IMG/VR virus record: IMGVR_UViG_3300017716_002150
Coordinates: 1 to 34,702 of that record
Length of the DNA: 34,702 nucleotides
Source: a virus
Taxonomy: Duplodnaviria; Caudoviricetes
Direction: 5' to 3' (one strand)
Shown piece after piece: positions 9,083 to 16,290 of the stretch. The stretch's first letter is position 1; every line of letters starts with the position of its first letter. The notes beneath the pieces were generated by a model, which searched no databases, had not been told where the DNA came from, and saw nothing but the letters and a program-made list of their open reading frames with translations. A program made the position numbers and the translations under genes.

Positions 9083-9661
9083 ATGGAAACCAAAAGCACA
9101 TTACAAGAATCTATGCAGAATATGCGTGGTAAAAAATATATTAATGTCAAGCGTAACAACAAGGCCTATGAACAGGCCTTGTCGACTACAACCGAAGAAT
9201 TAGAACGCTTAGTTGACTTATATCAAACCACAGTAGTTGAGGACGACATGCGAGCAAGGTTGTTAAGAGACAGCATCGATCATTGGGTTCGTCGTTATCA
9301 CAAGTATGCTATCCAAGGTAAGATTAAAAGTCACTATCATCAAAAGGGTGTAAGTTTAGCAGCCGAAGATTGTATTTTTGAACATGTAATTCCGGCATCT
9401 ACTGTGCGTGATAAACTAATTGCCGGTGAAATATCAATAAACCAGGCCTTGAATGTTCCTACTTGTCGGGTAAGTCGTCAAGTCGACCAACTACTTCGCA
9501 AGAAAGGTTTGCACGATAGTACACCAGATGGTTGGTTCTTTTTTAAACGCTATAAAATCGCATTAGACGATATAACCATTGAAACCTATAATGGGCAACC
9601 TATCACTAATTTAGATATGTGGACTTTGCAAGATCACTTTGATTTATTTGGAATTGTATGA
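9083..9661 (+). CDS. putative His-Me finger (HNH/DUF1524-like) nuclease
   Basis: FEHVIP motif followed by PTCRVSRQVDQLL; AAGGA SD before ATG 9083. Confidence 0.5.
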   Translation: METKSTLQESMQNMRGKKYINVKRNNKAYEQALSTTTEELERLVDLYQTTVVEDDMRARLLRDSIDHWVRRYHKYAIQGKIKSHYHQKGVSLAAEDCIFEHVIPASTVRDKLIAGEISINQALNVPTCRVSRQVDQLLRKKGLHDSTPDGWFFFKRYKIALDDITIETYNGQPITNLDMWTLQDHFDLFGIV

Positions 9662-10710
9662 GCTACTTAGACGAAATCCGAGCCCGGTACGATATCAAGG
9701 ACTATGTTGAGCCCACGGTTGCTATACCCGATCTACCTAAAGATGGTATTGTGCTAATCGTGGGTACATCCGGTTCGGGCAAAACTACAATCTTAAAGAC
9801 TGTAGACGATCCCAAACCTATTGTGGTTGATCCAGCAAAAACAGTTATTGAAAACTTTAGCACTCCCAAACGTGGTGAAGAACTATTGCTTGCGTGTGGC
9901 CTGCGTACCATTCCAGCTTGGTTTCGAGCGCCCGGTACATTGAGCAATGGTGAATACCATAGATTTGAAATTGCCGTAGGATTGGATCAAGGGCACTGCA
10001 TCATTGATGAGTTTACTAGTGTAGTAGATCGTGATACTGCTAAGAGTCTCGCATTGAGTGTTCGCAAATATTTTGATCGTAATCCTGGTGTGTTGTATAT
10101 TGCCAGTTGCCACAGAGACATTATTGACTGGTTAGATCCAGAATGGGTTTATGACACTGACCTGCAGAAACTTGATAATCGGAGGTCACTTCTTCGACTG
10201 GGGACCAGACCAGAACTTACACTTACCATCCGAAGCACAACTCCGGACTATTGGCGATATTTCAGTAAGTATCACTATCTAGATACCAACATGAGTCGCA
10301 GTGTTCACTGCTATGTGTTGTTGCTAGGGGACAAGCCTATCGGCTTCCATGCTGCTATACACTCGACTAATAGAGATATTCATAGTTATTGGCGCGGACA
10401 CAGAACTGTGATACTACCAGAGTTTCAAGGCATGGGCATAGGCACAGCGTTTTCAGATGCTATTGCTCAAATCTATGTTAACAAGGGCCTGCGTTACTTT
10501 AGCAAAACAGCACATCCAAGTTTTGGTGAGCATAGAGAACGATCTGATCTATGGCGGCCAACATCAACTAACAAGAAAAGTCGATTAGGCAGTTACCTAA
10601 ACAAAGATGGAACTACCAGAACAATGCCCGGATATGGCGGAACTACTACAGCTAGAGATGCTGGCCGTATTTGTTACAGTCACGAATATATTGGACCCAA
10701 AAAACCATAA
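9658..10710 (+). CDS. ABC-type ATPase fused to GNAT acetyltransferase
   Basis: Walker A GTSGSGKT, signature LSNGE, Walker B IIDEF, H-loop SCH; C-terminal HYL and RTVILPEFQGMGIG acetyl-CoA motif. Confidence 0.85.
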   Translation: MSYLDEIRARYDIKDYVEPTVAIPDLPKDGIVLIVGTSGSGKTTILKTVDDPKPIVVDPAKTVIENFSTPKRGEELLLACGLRTIPAWFRAPGTLSNGEYHRFEIAVGLDQGHCIIDEFTSVVDRDTAKSLALSVRKYFDRNPGVLYIASCHRDIIDWLDPEWVYDTDLQKLDNRRSLLRLGTRPELTLTIRSTTPDYWRYFSKYHYLDTNMSRSVHCYVLLLGDKPIGFHAAIHSTNRDIHSYWRGHRTVILPEFQGMGIGTAFSDAIAQIYVNKGLRYFSKTAHPSFGEHRERSDLWRPTSTNKKSRLGSYLNKDGTTRTMPGYGGTTTARDAGRICYSHEYIGPKKP

Positions 10711-10771
10711 AAATATATTCGCAGGTCCATAGGCACAATCTATTAAAAACCACCATATATACTGCTATAAT
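10707..10771 (+). promoter_or_regulatory. OxyR-like (LysR) operator abutting an extended -10 promoter
   Basis: ATAA-N7-TTCG-N7-ATAG-N7-CTAT (10707-10743); weak -35 TTAAAA; TGcTATAAT 10763-10771. Confidence 0.55.
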
Positions 10772-10795
10772 ATAGTTTTACAATAGGAGAATACT

Positions 10796-10936
10796 ATGGA
10801 ACAGTATGTATGTGGAGTATGTGGCCACGTTCACGATGAGGCCGTTGAAGGTGTGTTTGCAGAACTCAGCGACAACTTTCTTTGCCCTGAGTGTGGGTGC
10901 TACAAAGACGAGTATGCAGTAATGGAAGCAACCTAA
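10796..10936 (+). CDS. rubredoxin (46 aa, missing from ORF track)
   Basis: MEQYVCGVCGHVHDEAVEGVFAELSDNFLCPECGCYKDEYAVMEAT; two CxxC; AGGAG SD. Confidence 0.9.
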   Translation: MEQYVCGVCGHVHDEAVEGVFAELSDNFLCPECGCYKDEYAVMEAT

Positions 10937-10940
10937 CCGG

Positions 10941-10969
10941 TTGCTTCTGAGCAGTAAAAGTAGTACAAT
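10941..10969 (+). promoter_or_regulatory. sigma70-type promoter for rubrerythrin
   Basis: TTGCTT-17-TACAAT. Confidence 0.55.
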
Positions 10970-10995
10970 AAATTTTAACTAAAGGAGAAGTAAAC

Positions 10996-11436
10996 ATGGC
11001 AAAAACCGTAAAAGGTACCAAAACAGAACACGCATTGAAAGATGCGTTCGCAGGCGAATCCAAAGCCAACCGCCGTTATTTGTATTTCGCAAACATGGCT
11101 GACGTAGCGGGCTCACCAGATGTGGCAGCAGTATTTCGCTCCACAGCCGAAGGTGAAACAGGTCATGCCCATGGTCACATGGAATATTTGATCGATGGTG
11201 GAGCAGGTGACCCTGAAACAGGTCTTCCAGCTGGCTCGGTTAAAGAAGCCCTAGAAAGTGCTATCGCTGGTGAAACACATGAGTACACAGATATGTACCC
11301 AGGCATGGCTAAAACAGCACGCGACGAAGGCTTTGACGAAATCGCTGACTGGTTTGAAACATTGGCTAAGGCTGAGCGTAGCCACGCAAACAAGTTCACC
11401 AAGACTTTGACAGCGCATTTAGAAGACATCAAGTAA
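10996..11436 (+). CDS. rbr: rubrerythrin (short form, no C-terminal rubredoxin domain)
   Basis: [38 protein letters not shown] di-iron motifs. Confidence 0.92.
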   Translation: MAKTVKGTKTEHALKDAFAGESKANRRYLYFANMADVAGSPDVAAVFRSTAEGETGHAHGHMEYLIDGGAGDPETGLPAGSVKEALESAIAGETHEYTDMYPGMAKTARDEGFDEIADWFETLAKAERSHANKFTKTLTAHLEDIK

Positions 11437-11637
11437 TTGGAAACCCGAACAAGAACTCTTGTTAAAACTTTGATCTACCGGTGCTGGGTGATACTCAGCA
11501 CTTATGTGATGTTGTTGGTCACGGGTCAAAGCATGACAGAGGCTCTTGTTCCAACCATTGTAATAAACTGTGTCTGGATGACGTCCTACTATCTGTATGA
11601 CCGATTCTGGGCACATATTGCCTGGGGACGTAAATGA
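11437..11637 (+). CDS. DUF2061 small membrane protein
   Basis: [14 protein letters not shown]...[11 protein letters not shown]; TTG start. Confidence 0.8.
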   Translation: METRTRTLVKTLIYRCWVILSTYVMLLVTGQSMTEALVPTIVINCVWMTSYYLYDRFWAHIAWGRK

Positions 11638-11943
11638 ATGCAAGTTGTCGCCTGGCCCGTCTGGCTTGAACGCCATATTCCCTACTACGAACGTAATAAA
11701 CAACAAGATCGTTACTATAACAATCCACCTGAGTCGGTGCTGGTTGTAGATCCTGTAGATCGTAATCGTCGAGCAGGACAACATGGTTTTGCTTGGTCAA
11801 CCTGGGAAGCCATGGACAACGACATCCGATCTTTACAGTATCGTGTCGAACCTGTGTTCCTAGACACAGACACACACCAACGCTGGTATTGGGTTTTTTG
11901 GTCAGCAGATGAAGCTCTTATGGCAGTGATACGCTTGTCATAA
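11638..11943 (+). CDS. hypothetical protein
   Basis: 101 aa, ends WVFWSADEALMAVIRLS. Confidence 0.6.
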   Translation: MQVVAWPVWLERHIPYYERNKQQDRYYNNPPESVLVVDPVDRNRRAGQHGFAWSTWEAMDNDIRSLQYRVEPVFLDTDTHQRWYWVFWSADEALMAVIRLS

Positions 11944-11978
11944 CTGTAACAAAACTGTAATATTATCTCTCTTAAATA
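11944..11978 (+). promoter_or_regulatory. Pho box upstream of pstS, followed by TAAATA
   Basis: CTGTAAC-AAAA-CTGTAAT 11944-11961 (11-bp period); extra TTGTCAT 11935; TAAATA 11973. Confidence 0.8.
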
Positions 11979-12018
11979 AAATTGTGCAATCGCACACTCA
12001 ACCTTAAGGGAGATTTCT

Positions 12019-13026
12019 TTGAAACATTTATTTCTAGCAGTACTCGCAGTATTCACCGTAACAGCACAAGCCGCAGACATTACTGGCGCAGGTGCTACAT
12101 TTCCATATCCAATCTACGCCAAGTGGGCAGAAGATTATGCCAAACTTTCTGGTAATCGACTAAACTATCAAAGTATCGGTAGTTCTGGTGGTATTAAACA
12201 AATCAAAGCCAAGACTGTAGACTTTGGTGCCACAGATGCTCCGTTGTCAAGTGACGACCTAGCCAAGTCTGGTTTGGTGCAGTTTCCAGCGGTGTTGGGC
12301 GGTGTTGTTCCTGTGATAAACTTGGAAGGTATTAAACCAGGCGAATTGCAAGTCACAGCCGAAGTACTAGCAGACATTTTTCTAGGTAATATTACTAAAT
12401 GGAATGACGCTCGGCTTGCCAAGTTAAATCCAGGCAAAAAACTACCAGACACAGATATCACAGTGGTTCATCGTGCCGACGGATCCGGTACAACATTTAT
12501 TTTTACCGATTACTTGACGGAAGTCAGCAAGGAATGGAGCACCAAAGCCGGCAAAGGTGCCGCAGTCAAATGGCCAGCCAAGAGCAGTGTAGGAGGCAAA
12601 GGCAATGAAGGTGTAGCAGCAAACGTAACTCGTGTTAAAGGTGCAATCGGCTATGTCGAATATGCCTATGCCAAGAAAAACAAAATTGCACACCTTAAGT
12701 TACAAAATCGCGATGGCAAATTTGTGGATCCTGATGACACCACTTTTGCATCGGCTGCCGCAGGCGCTGATTGGTTTAGTGTTCCTGGTATGGGTATTAG
12801 TCTTGTGAATCAAAAGGGTGCAAGTGCTTGGCCTATTACTGGTGCTAGTTTTGTTTTAGTATACAAGGACCCAGCCAATCCAGCGGCCACACAAGAAGTC
12901 TTAAAGTTCTTTGACTATGCATTTACTTACGGAGCCAAACCGGCAGAGAGTCTTGACTATGTTCCACTACCAAAAACATTAACAGATAAAATCAAATCAC
13001 AAGTTTGGTCAACTGTTAAGAAGTAA
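12019..13026 (+). CDS. pstS: phosphate ABC transporter substrate-binding protein PstS
   Basis: signal peptide; ITGAGATFPYPIY, YQSIGSSGG, RADGSGTT, GKGNEGV. Confidence 0.96.
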   Translation: MKHLFLAVLAVFTVTAQAADITGAGATFPYPIYAKWAEDYAKLSGNRLNYQSIGSSGGIKQIKAKTVDFGATDAPLSSDDLAKSGLVQFPAVLGGVVPVINLEGIKPGELQVTAEVLADIFLGNITKWNDARLAKLNPGKKLPDTDITVVHRADGSGTTFIFTDYLTEVSKEWSTKAGKGAAVKWPAKSSVGGKGNEGVAANVTRVKGAIGYVEYAYAKKNKIAHLKLQNRDGKFVDPDDTTFASAAAGADWFSVPGMGISLVNQKGASAWPITGASFVLVYKDPANPAATQEVLKFFDYAFTYGAKPAESLDYVPLPKTLTDKIKSQVWSTVKK

Positions 13027-13074
13027 TTTTAAAACCGGACATAAAGATAGAGTGTCGCTGGAGCTCGTAACCAG

Positions 13075-13120
13075 TTGTAACAAAAGTGTAATACTTTTTT
13101 CTCTGGCATTGCAGTAAATA
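13075..13120 (+). promoter_or_regulatory. second Pho box plus TAAATA
   Basis: TTGTAAC-AAAA-GTGTAAT 13075-13092; TAAATA 13115, 5 nt before ATG 13126. Confidence 0.7.
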
Positions 13121-13125
13121 GCTGT

Positions 13126-13938
13126 ATGCCAGAGAAAACTTACCGTTCAATTTTTATTTCAGATGTTCACCTGGGCACTCGCGACTGTAAGGCCGAGGCA
13201 CTTAATAATTTTCTCAAACACAATACCTGCGAAACCCTATATCTTGTAGGCGACATCATAGATGCCTGGCGTATTCAACAAAACAAGTGGCGTTGGAAAC
13301 AAAGCCATACTAATGTAGTTCGTCGAGTCATGGGTCATGCCAAACGAGGTACTCGTGTGGTATATGTTGCAGGCAATCACGACGAATTCCTTCGCCCCTT
13401 AATACCATTAGGCATTGGATTTGGGCTCATTGAAGTAGTAAATCAAGCAGAGCACATTGGAGTAGATACCAAACACTATCTGGTCACTCACGGCGACTTG
13501 TTTGATGGCATCACTCGTCTTGCTCCGTGGCTGGCTTTCCTTGGCGATAAAGCCTATGACTTTGTGCTCGGTCTCAATAGCAAATTCAATTGGCTACGTC
13601 ATCGTATGGGATTTGGATACTGGAGTTTAAGCAAGTATCTCAAAGGCAGAGTTAAAAAAGCCGCTGACTTTGTATTTCAATTTGAAAAGAATCTTGTTGT
13701 TTATTGTAAGAAGCGTGGATACGATGGTGTAATATGTGGACACATACACCACGCAGAAATTCGTGATGTAGATGGTATCACATATATGAACGATGGCGAC
13801 TGGGTAGAGAGTATGACTGCCTTAGTTGAAAATCACAACGGATTCTGGGAAATAGTAACCTGGACCAAGGAGACAGACGATGTGGCTGTTGATAATACTA
13901 GCAGTAAACATAAACAATCCAAAAGACGTGCCGGGTAG
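13126..13938 (+). CDS. plcP: PlcP-like metallophosphoesterase (phospholipase C; LpxH-like family)
   Basis: YRSIFISDVHLG, LYLVGDIIDAW, GNHDE, HGDLFD, CGHIHH, NDGDWVES; adjacent GT4 gene as in plcP-agt loci. Confidence 0.75.
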   Translation: MPEKTYRSIFISDVHLGTRDCKAEALNNFLKHNTCETLYLVGDIIDAWRIQQNKWRWKQSHTNVVRRVMGHAKRGTRVVYVAGNHDEFLRPLIPLGIGFGLIEVVNQAEHIGVDTKHYLVTHGDLFDGITRLAPWLAFLGDKAYDFVLGLNSKFNWLRHRMGFGYWSLSKYLKGRVKKAADFVFQFEKNLVVYCKKRGYDGVICGHIHHAEIRDVDGITYMNDGDWVESMTALVENHNGFWEIVTWTKETDDVAVDNTSSKHKQSKRRAG

Positions 13939-14056
13939 GTTAACTATAGAATTTCCTAGCGAATCTGCTTGTGTTCAAGCCCAACAAAGTGTAAAATATT
14001 GGTTAAAGTTTGACAACTTCAGGATAACCACATCATGCCAAAAACAATCCTTATAA
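13880..14056 (+). CDS. 58-aa protein with hydrophobic N-terminus and two Cys (missing from track)
   Basis: AAGGAG SD 13867-13872; MWLLIILAVNINNPKDVPGRLTIEFPSESACVQAQQSVKYWLKFDNFRITTSCQKQSL. Confidence 0.65.
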   Translation: MWLLIILAVNINNPKDVPGRLTIEFPSESACVQAQQSVKYWLKFDNFRITTSCQKQSL

Positions 14057-15030
14057 TCACAGACAATGTCCAAGATCAAGTCAACGGAGTGGTCACAACT
14101 TTCAAAAACTTGGAAGATCATGCTGACCGTAACGGGTATTGTATTGTTTATTGTGATCCCGGGCAGTTTCCTAATATTGCTTGCCCTGGTTATCCTGAAG
14201 TTCGCCTGTGCTGGCCGCATGGTATCAGTAAAAAAATTAAGGCGCTACAGCCGGATTATATACACATCGCTACAGAAGGCCCAGTAGGTTTATTTGCTCG
14301 TTGGTGGTGTGAGCGCAAAAATATACCTTACAACACCAGTTATCACACCAAGTTCCCAGAATTCCTAAACAAATTGTATGGTGTTCCAGAATCTTGGACC
14401 TACTGGTATATGCGTTGGTTCCACAGACACAGTGAGCGTGTGCTGGTCACTACCGAAAGTATGCGTCAAGATTTAGAAAGTCGTGGATTCAAAAATTTAG
14501 TAGTATGGACTCGTGGCGCCGATCGCACCATTCAACCTAGAGTTACACGACCCACTTATCGGGCGCGGCCAAGATTATTATCGGTAGGTCGCGTGTCAAA
14601 AGAAAAGGGGTTGGATGATTTAATACAGTTCCAGGAAGACTATGATTTGATTATAGTCGGCGATGGACCGTATCGTGCCGAGTTGGAACGGAAACTACCT
14701 CAGGCAACATTTTTTGGATACCTGCATGGTCAAGAACTAGTGGATCAATACGCACTAGCTGATGTGTTTGTATTTCCGTCAGTGACTGACACCTTTGGTG
14801 TGGTCATCATTGAAGCATTATCACAAGGTTGCCCAGTCGCAGCCTACCCGGTAGCAGGACCCATCGACATTATCAAAAACGGTGTCACTGGATACTTAGA
14901 TAACAACCTAGCACAATCAGTTCGTAATTGTTTGGCTCTAAACAACGATCGAGTCAAACGAGCCAGTCAAAAATGGACTTGGAAAGAGTGCTGGCGCATA
15001 TTCAAAAAGAACCTGGTTACTGTTGCGTAA
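14035..15030 (+). CDS. GT4 (GT-B) glycosyltransferase, Agt-like diacylglycerol glycosyltransferase
   Basis: QVNGVVTT, HIATEGPVG, SYHTKFPE, VGRVSKEK, FPS.TDTFG.V..EA..G.PVAAYPV.GP. Confidence 0.85.
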   Translation: MPKTILIITDNVQDQVNGVVTTFKNLEDHADRNGYCIVYCDPGQFPNIACPGYPEVRLCWPHGISKKIKALQPDYIHIATEGPVGLFARWWCERKNIPYNTSYHTKFPEFLNKLYGVPESWTYWYMRWFHRHSERVLVTTESMRQDLESRGFKNLVVWTRGADRTIQPRVTRPTYRARPRLLSVGRVSKEKGLDDLIQFQEDYDLIIVGDGPYRAELERKLPQATFFGYLHGQELVDQYALADVFVFPSVTDTFGVVIIEALSQGCPVAAYPVAGPIDIIKNGVTGYLDNNLAQSVRNCLALNNDRVKRASQKWTWKECWRIFKKNLVTVA

Positions 15031-15060
15031 AAACAACATTGTGAAACCCAGCCCAAAAGG

Positions 15061-15089
15061 TTGACCAGAATCTCACCATTTGCTATAAT
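15061..15089 (+). promoter_or_regulatory. sigma70-type promoter
   Basis: TTGACC-17-TATAAT, extended TG. Confidence 0.85.
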
Positions 15090-15118
15090 AGTTGTATAGT
15101 AAATAAAAGGAGTAGTAA

Positions 15119-15283
15119 ATGAATACATATCAAGTAAGTTACACAGCATACGAAAAAAACTCTACTGTGGTATTAGCGGAAGGCACCATGCAAATTCAAG
15201 CCAATCAAGGTAGCCAAGCTGAGAATGTGGTTAAAAGTATGTTTCAAGGCAGTGATGTTATCATTCGTTCAGTATTTGGTTAA
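15119..15283 (+). CDS. 54-aa hypothetical protein (missing from track)
   Basis: AAGGAG SD; MNTYQVSYTAYEKNSTVVLAEGTMQIQANQGSQAENVVKSMFQGSDVIIRSVFG. Confidence 0.7.
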   Translation: MNTYQVSYTAYEKNSTVVLAEGTMQIQANQGSQAENVVKSMFQGSDVIIRSVFG

Positions 15284-15284
15284 T

Positions 15285-15446
15285 ATGATTGATCGAAACA
15301 TTCAATCAGATGAAATGGTACCTCCAGAGTATGATATGGATGCTGGTGAGTATCAAGAGTTTCAAAGAGATTATAACCGTTGGTGTTTGGAAGTTGAGCT
15401 GGCTCAAATTGAAGAACTGAACAAAACGGTTAACCAAAATTCGTAA
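15285..15446 (+). CDS. small acidic hypothetical protein
   Basis: ATG 15285 one base after the upstream stop. Confidence 0.55.
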   Translation: MIDRNIQSDEMVPPEYDMDAGEYQEFQRDYNRWCLEVELAQIEELNKTVNQNS

Positions 15447-15451
15447 TATGG

Positions 15452-15480
15452 TTGACAGGAATTGTCCAATCAGCTATAAT
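15452..15480 (+). promoter_or_regulatory. consensus sigma70 promoter
   Basis: TTGACA-17-TATAAT. Confidence 0.88.
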
Positions 15481-15560
15481 ATGAATATGCTGTAAAATTA
15501 AAACAGCATAGAAGTAAAATTTAAATCAACTTAATAGGCAACTTAGAAAGGCAACACAAA

Positions 15561-15878
15561 ATGGAAAAATTATTCACAGTAGCAGGTACAGCAACTAATC
15601 CTGATGGTACTACTAAAGCTCGTTTTGCAAACGACTTGGTAGCTCGTATCAAGATCTTGAACAAAGCAGGCTGTACTGGTATCAACTTGGTTGAGCTCCC
15701 AAAGCCAATGACTAAGTTAGAAGCTCTACAATATTTGCAAACACAAAACCCAGAAGGTGATGCGGGTTATGCTGTAGCAAACAAGTTGGCAGAGAAGACC
15801 AAGCTCGCTAAGAAAGGCGAAGTAAAGGTCAAAGCAACTGGTGTCAAGGCAACTACTAAAGTAGCAGAAGTAGCCTAA
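15561..15878 (+). CDS. basic hypothetical protein, probably highly expressed
   Basis: own promoter and terminator; Lys/Ala-rich tail. Confidence 0.8.
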   Translation: MEKLFTVAGTATNPDGTTKARFANDLVARIKILNKAGCTGINLVELPKPMTKLEALQYLQTQNPEGDAGYAVANKLAEKTKLAKKGEVKVKATGVKATTKVAEVA

Positions 15879-15886
15879 TACTGATA

Positions 15887-15908
15887 GGGGGCTAAGGCCC
15901 CCATTTTT
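15887..15908 (+). terminator. intrinsic terminator
   Basis: GGGGGC-TAAG-GCCCCC-ATTTTT. Confidence 0.8.
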
Positions 15909-15922
15909 AAGAAAGAAATATC

Positions 15923-16282
15923 ATGAGTAAGCCAGTATTTGAAGATTTATTCAAATTTAGCGGTCGTCGTAATCGACAATCGTTTATTTTCTTGCAATTA
16001 GCAAGTATTGTAGCAGTCTTGCTAGCGGTAGGAATTATTACTACTATTACTGTAGTGGCTCCTACACTAGGTGCAATCCTTTGGTTTGTTGGTATTGTTG
16101 GTTTTATTGCTATTGCAATTATTAACTGGGCAGCCGCTAGTCAACGTATTCGCGACTTTAACCAATCGGGTGTATGGGCATTGGTAATGTTGATTCCATA
16201 CATTGGTCCATTGTTTAGTCTAGCACTTTGGTTAATTCCAAGCACAGAAGGTGAGAACAAATACGGTCCTAGCTGTATTTAA
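15923..16282 (+). CDS. DUF805 (YhaH-like) inner-membrane protein
   Basis: F.FSGR.NR..F, RIRD.NQSG.W, G.NKYGP; 3 TM segments. Confidence 0.88.
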   Translation: MSKPVFEDLFKFSGRRNRQSFIFLQLASIVAVLLAVGIITTITVVAPTLGAILWFVGIVGFIAIAIINWAAASQRIRDFNQSGVWALVMLIPYIGPLFSLALWLIPSTEGENKYGPSCI

Positions 16283-16290
16283 AGAATGTC

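Noticed and set aside
13057-13092. Resemblance to a preQ1-I riboswitch (CTGG..CCAG then A-rich tail)
   Set aside because: Loop consensus is poor, there is no queuosine gene downstream, and the A-rich tail is better explained as a Pho box
13126-13938. Annotation as lipid A enzyme LpxH
   Set aside because: Same superfamily, but the Pho box, the adjacent GT4 gene and the motif pattern fit PlcP better; phylogeny is needed to settle it
10796-15030. Bacterial contamination or chromosome origin for the host-like genes
   Set aside because: pstS lacks pstCAB, the genes are interleaved with phage-type small ORFs and share the same promoter motifs, and virion and clamp-loader genes are on the same strand; read-level checking is still advisable
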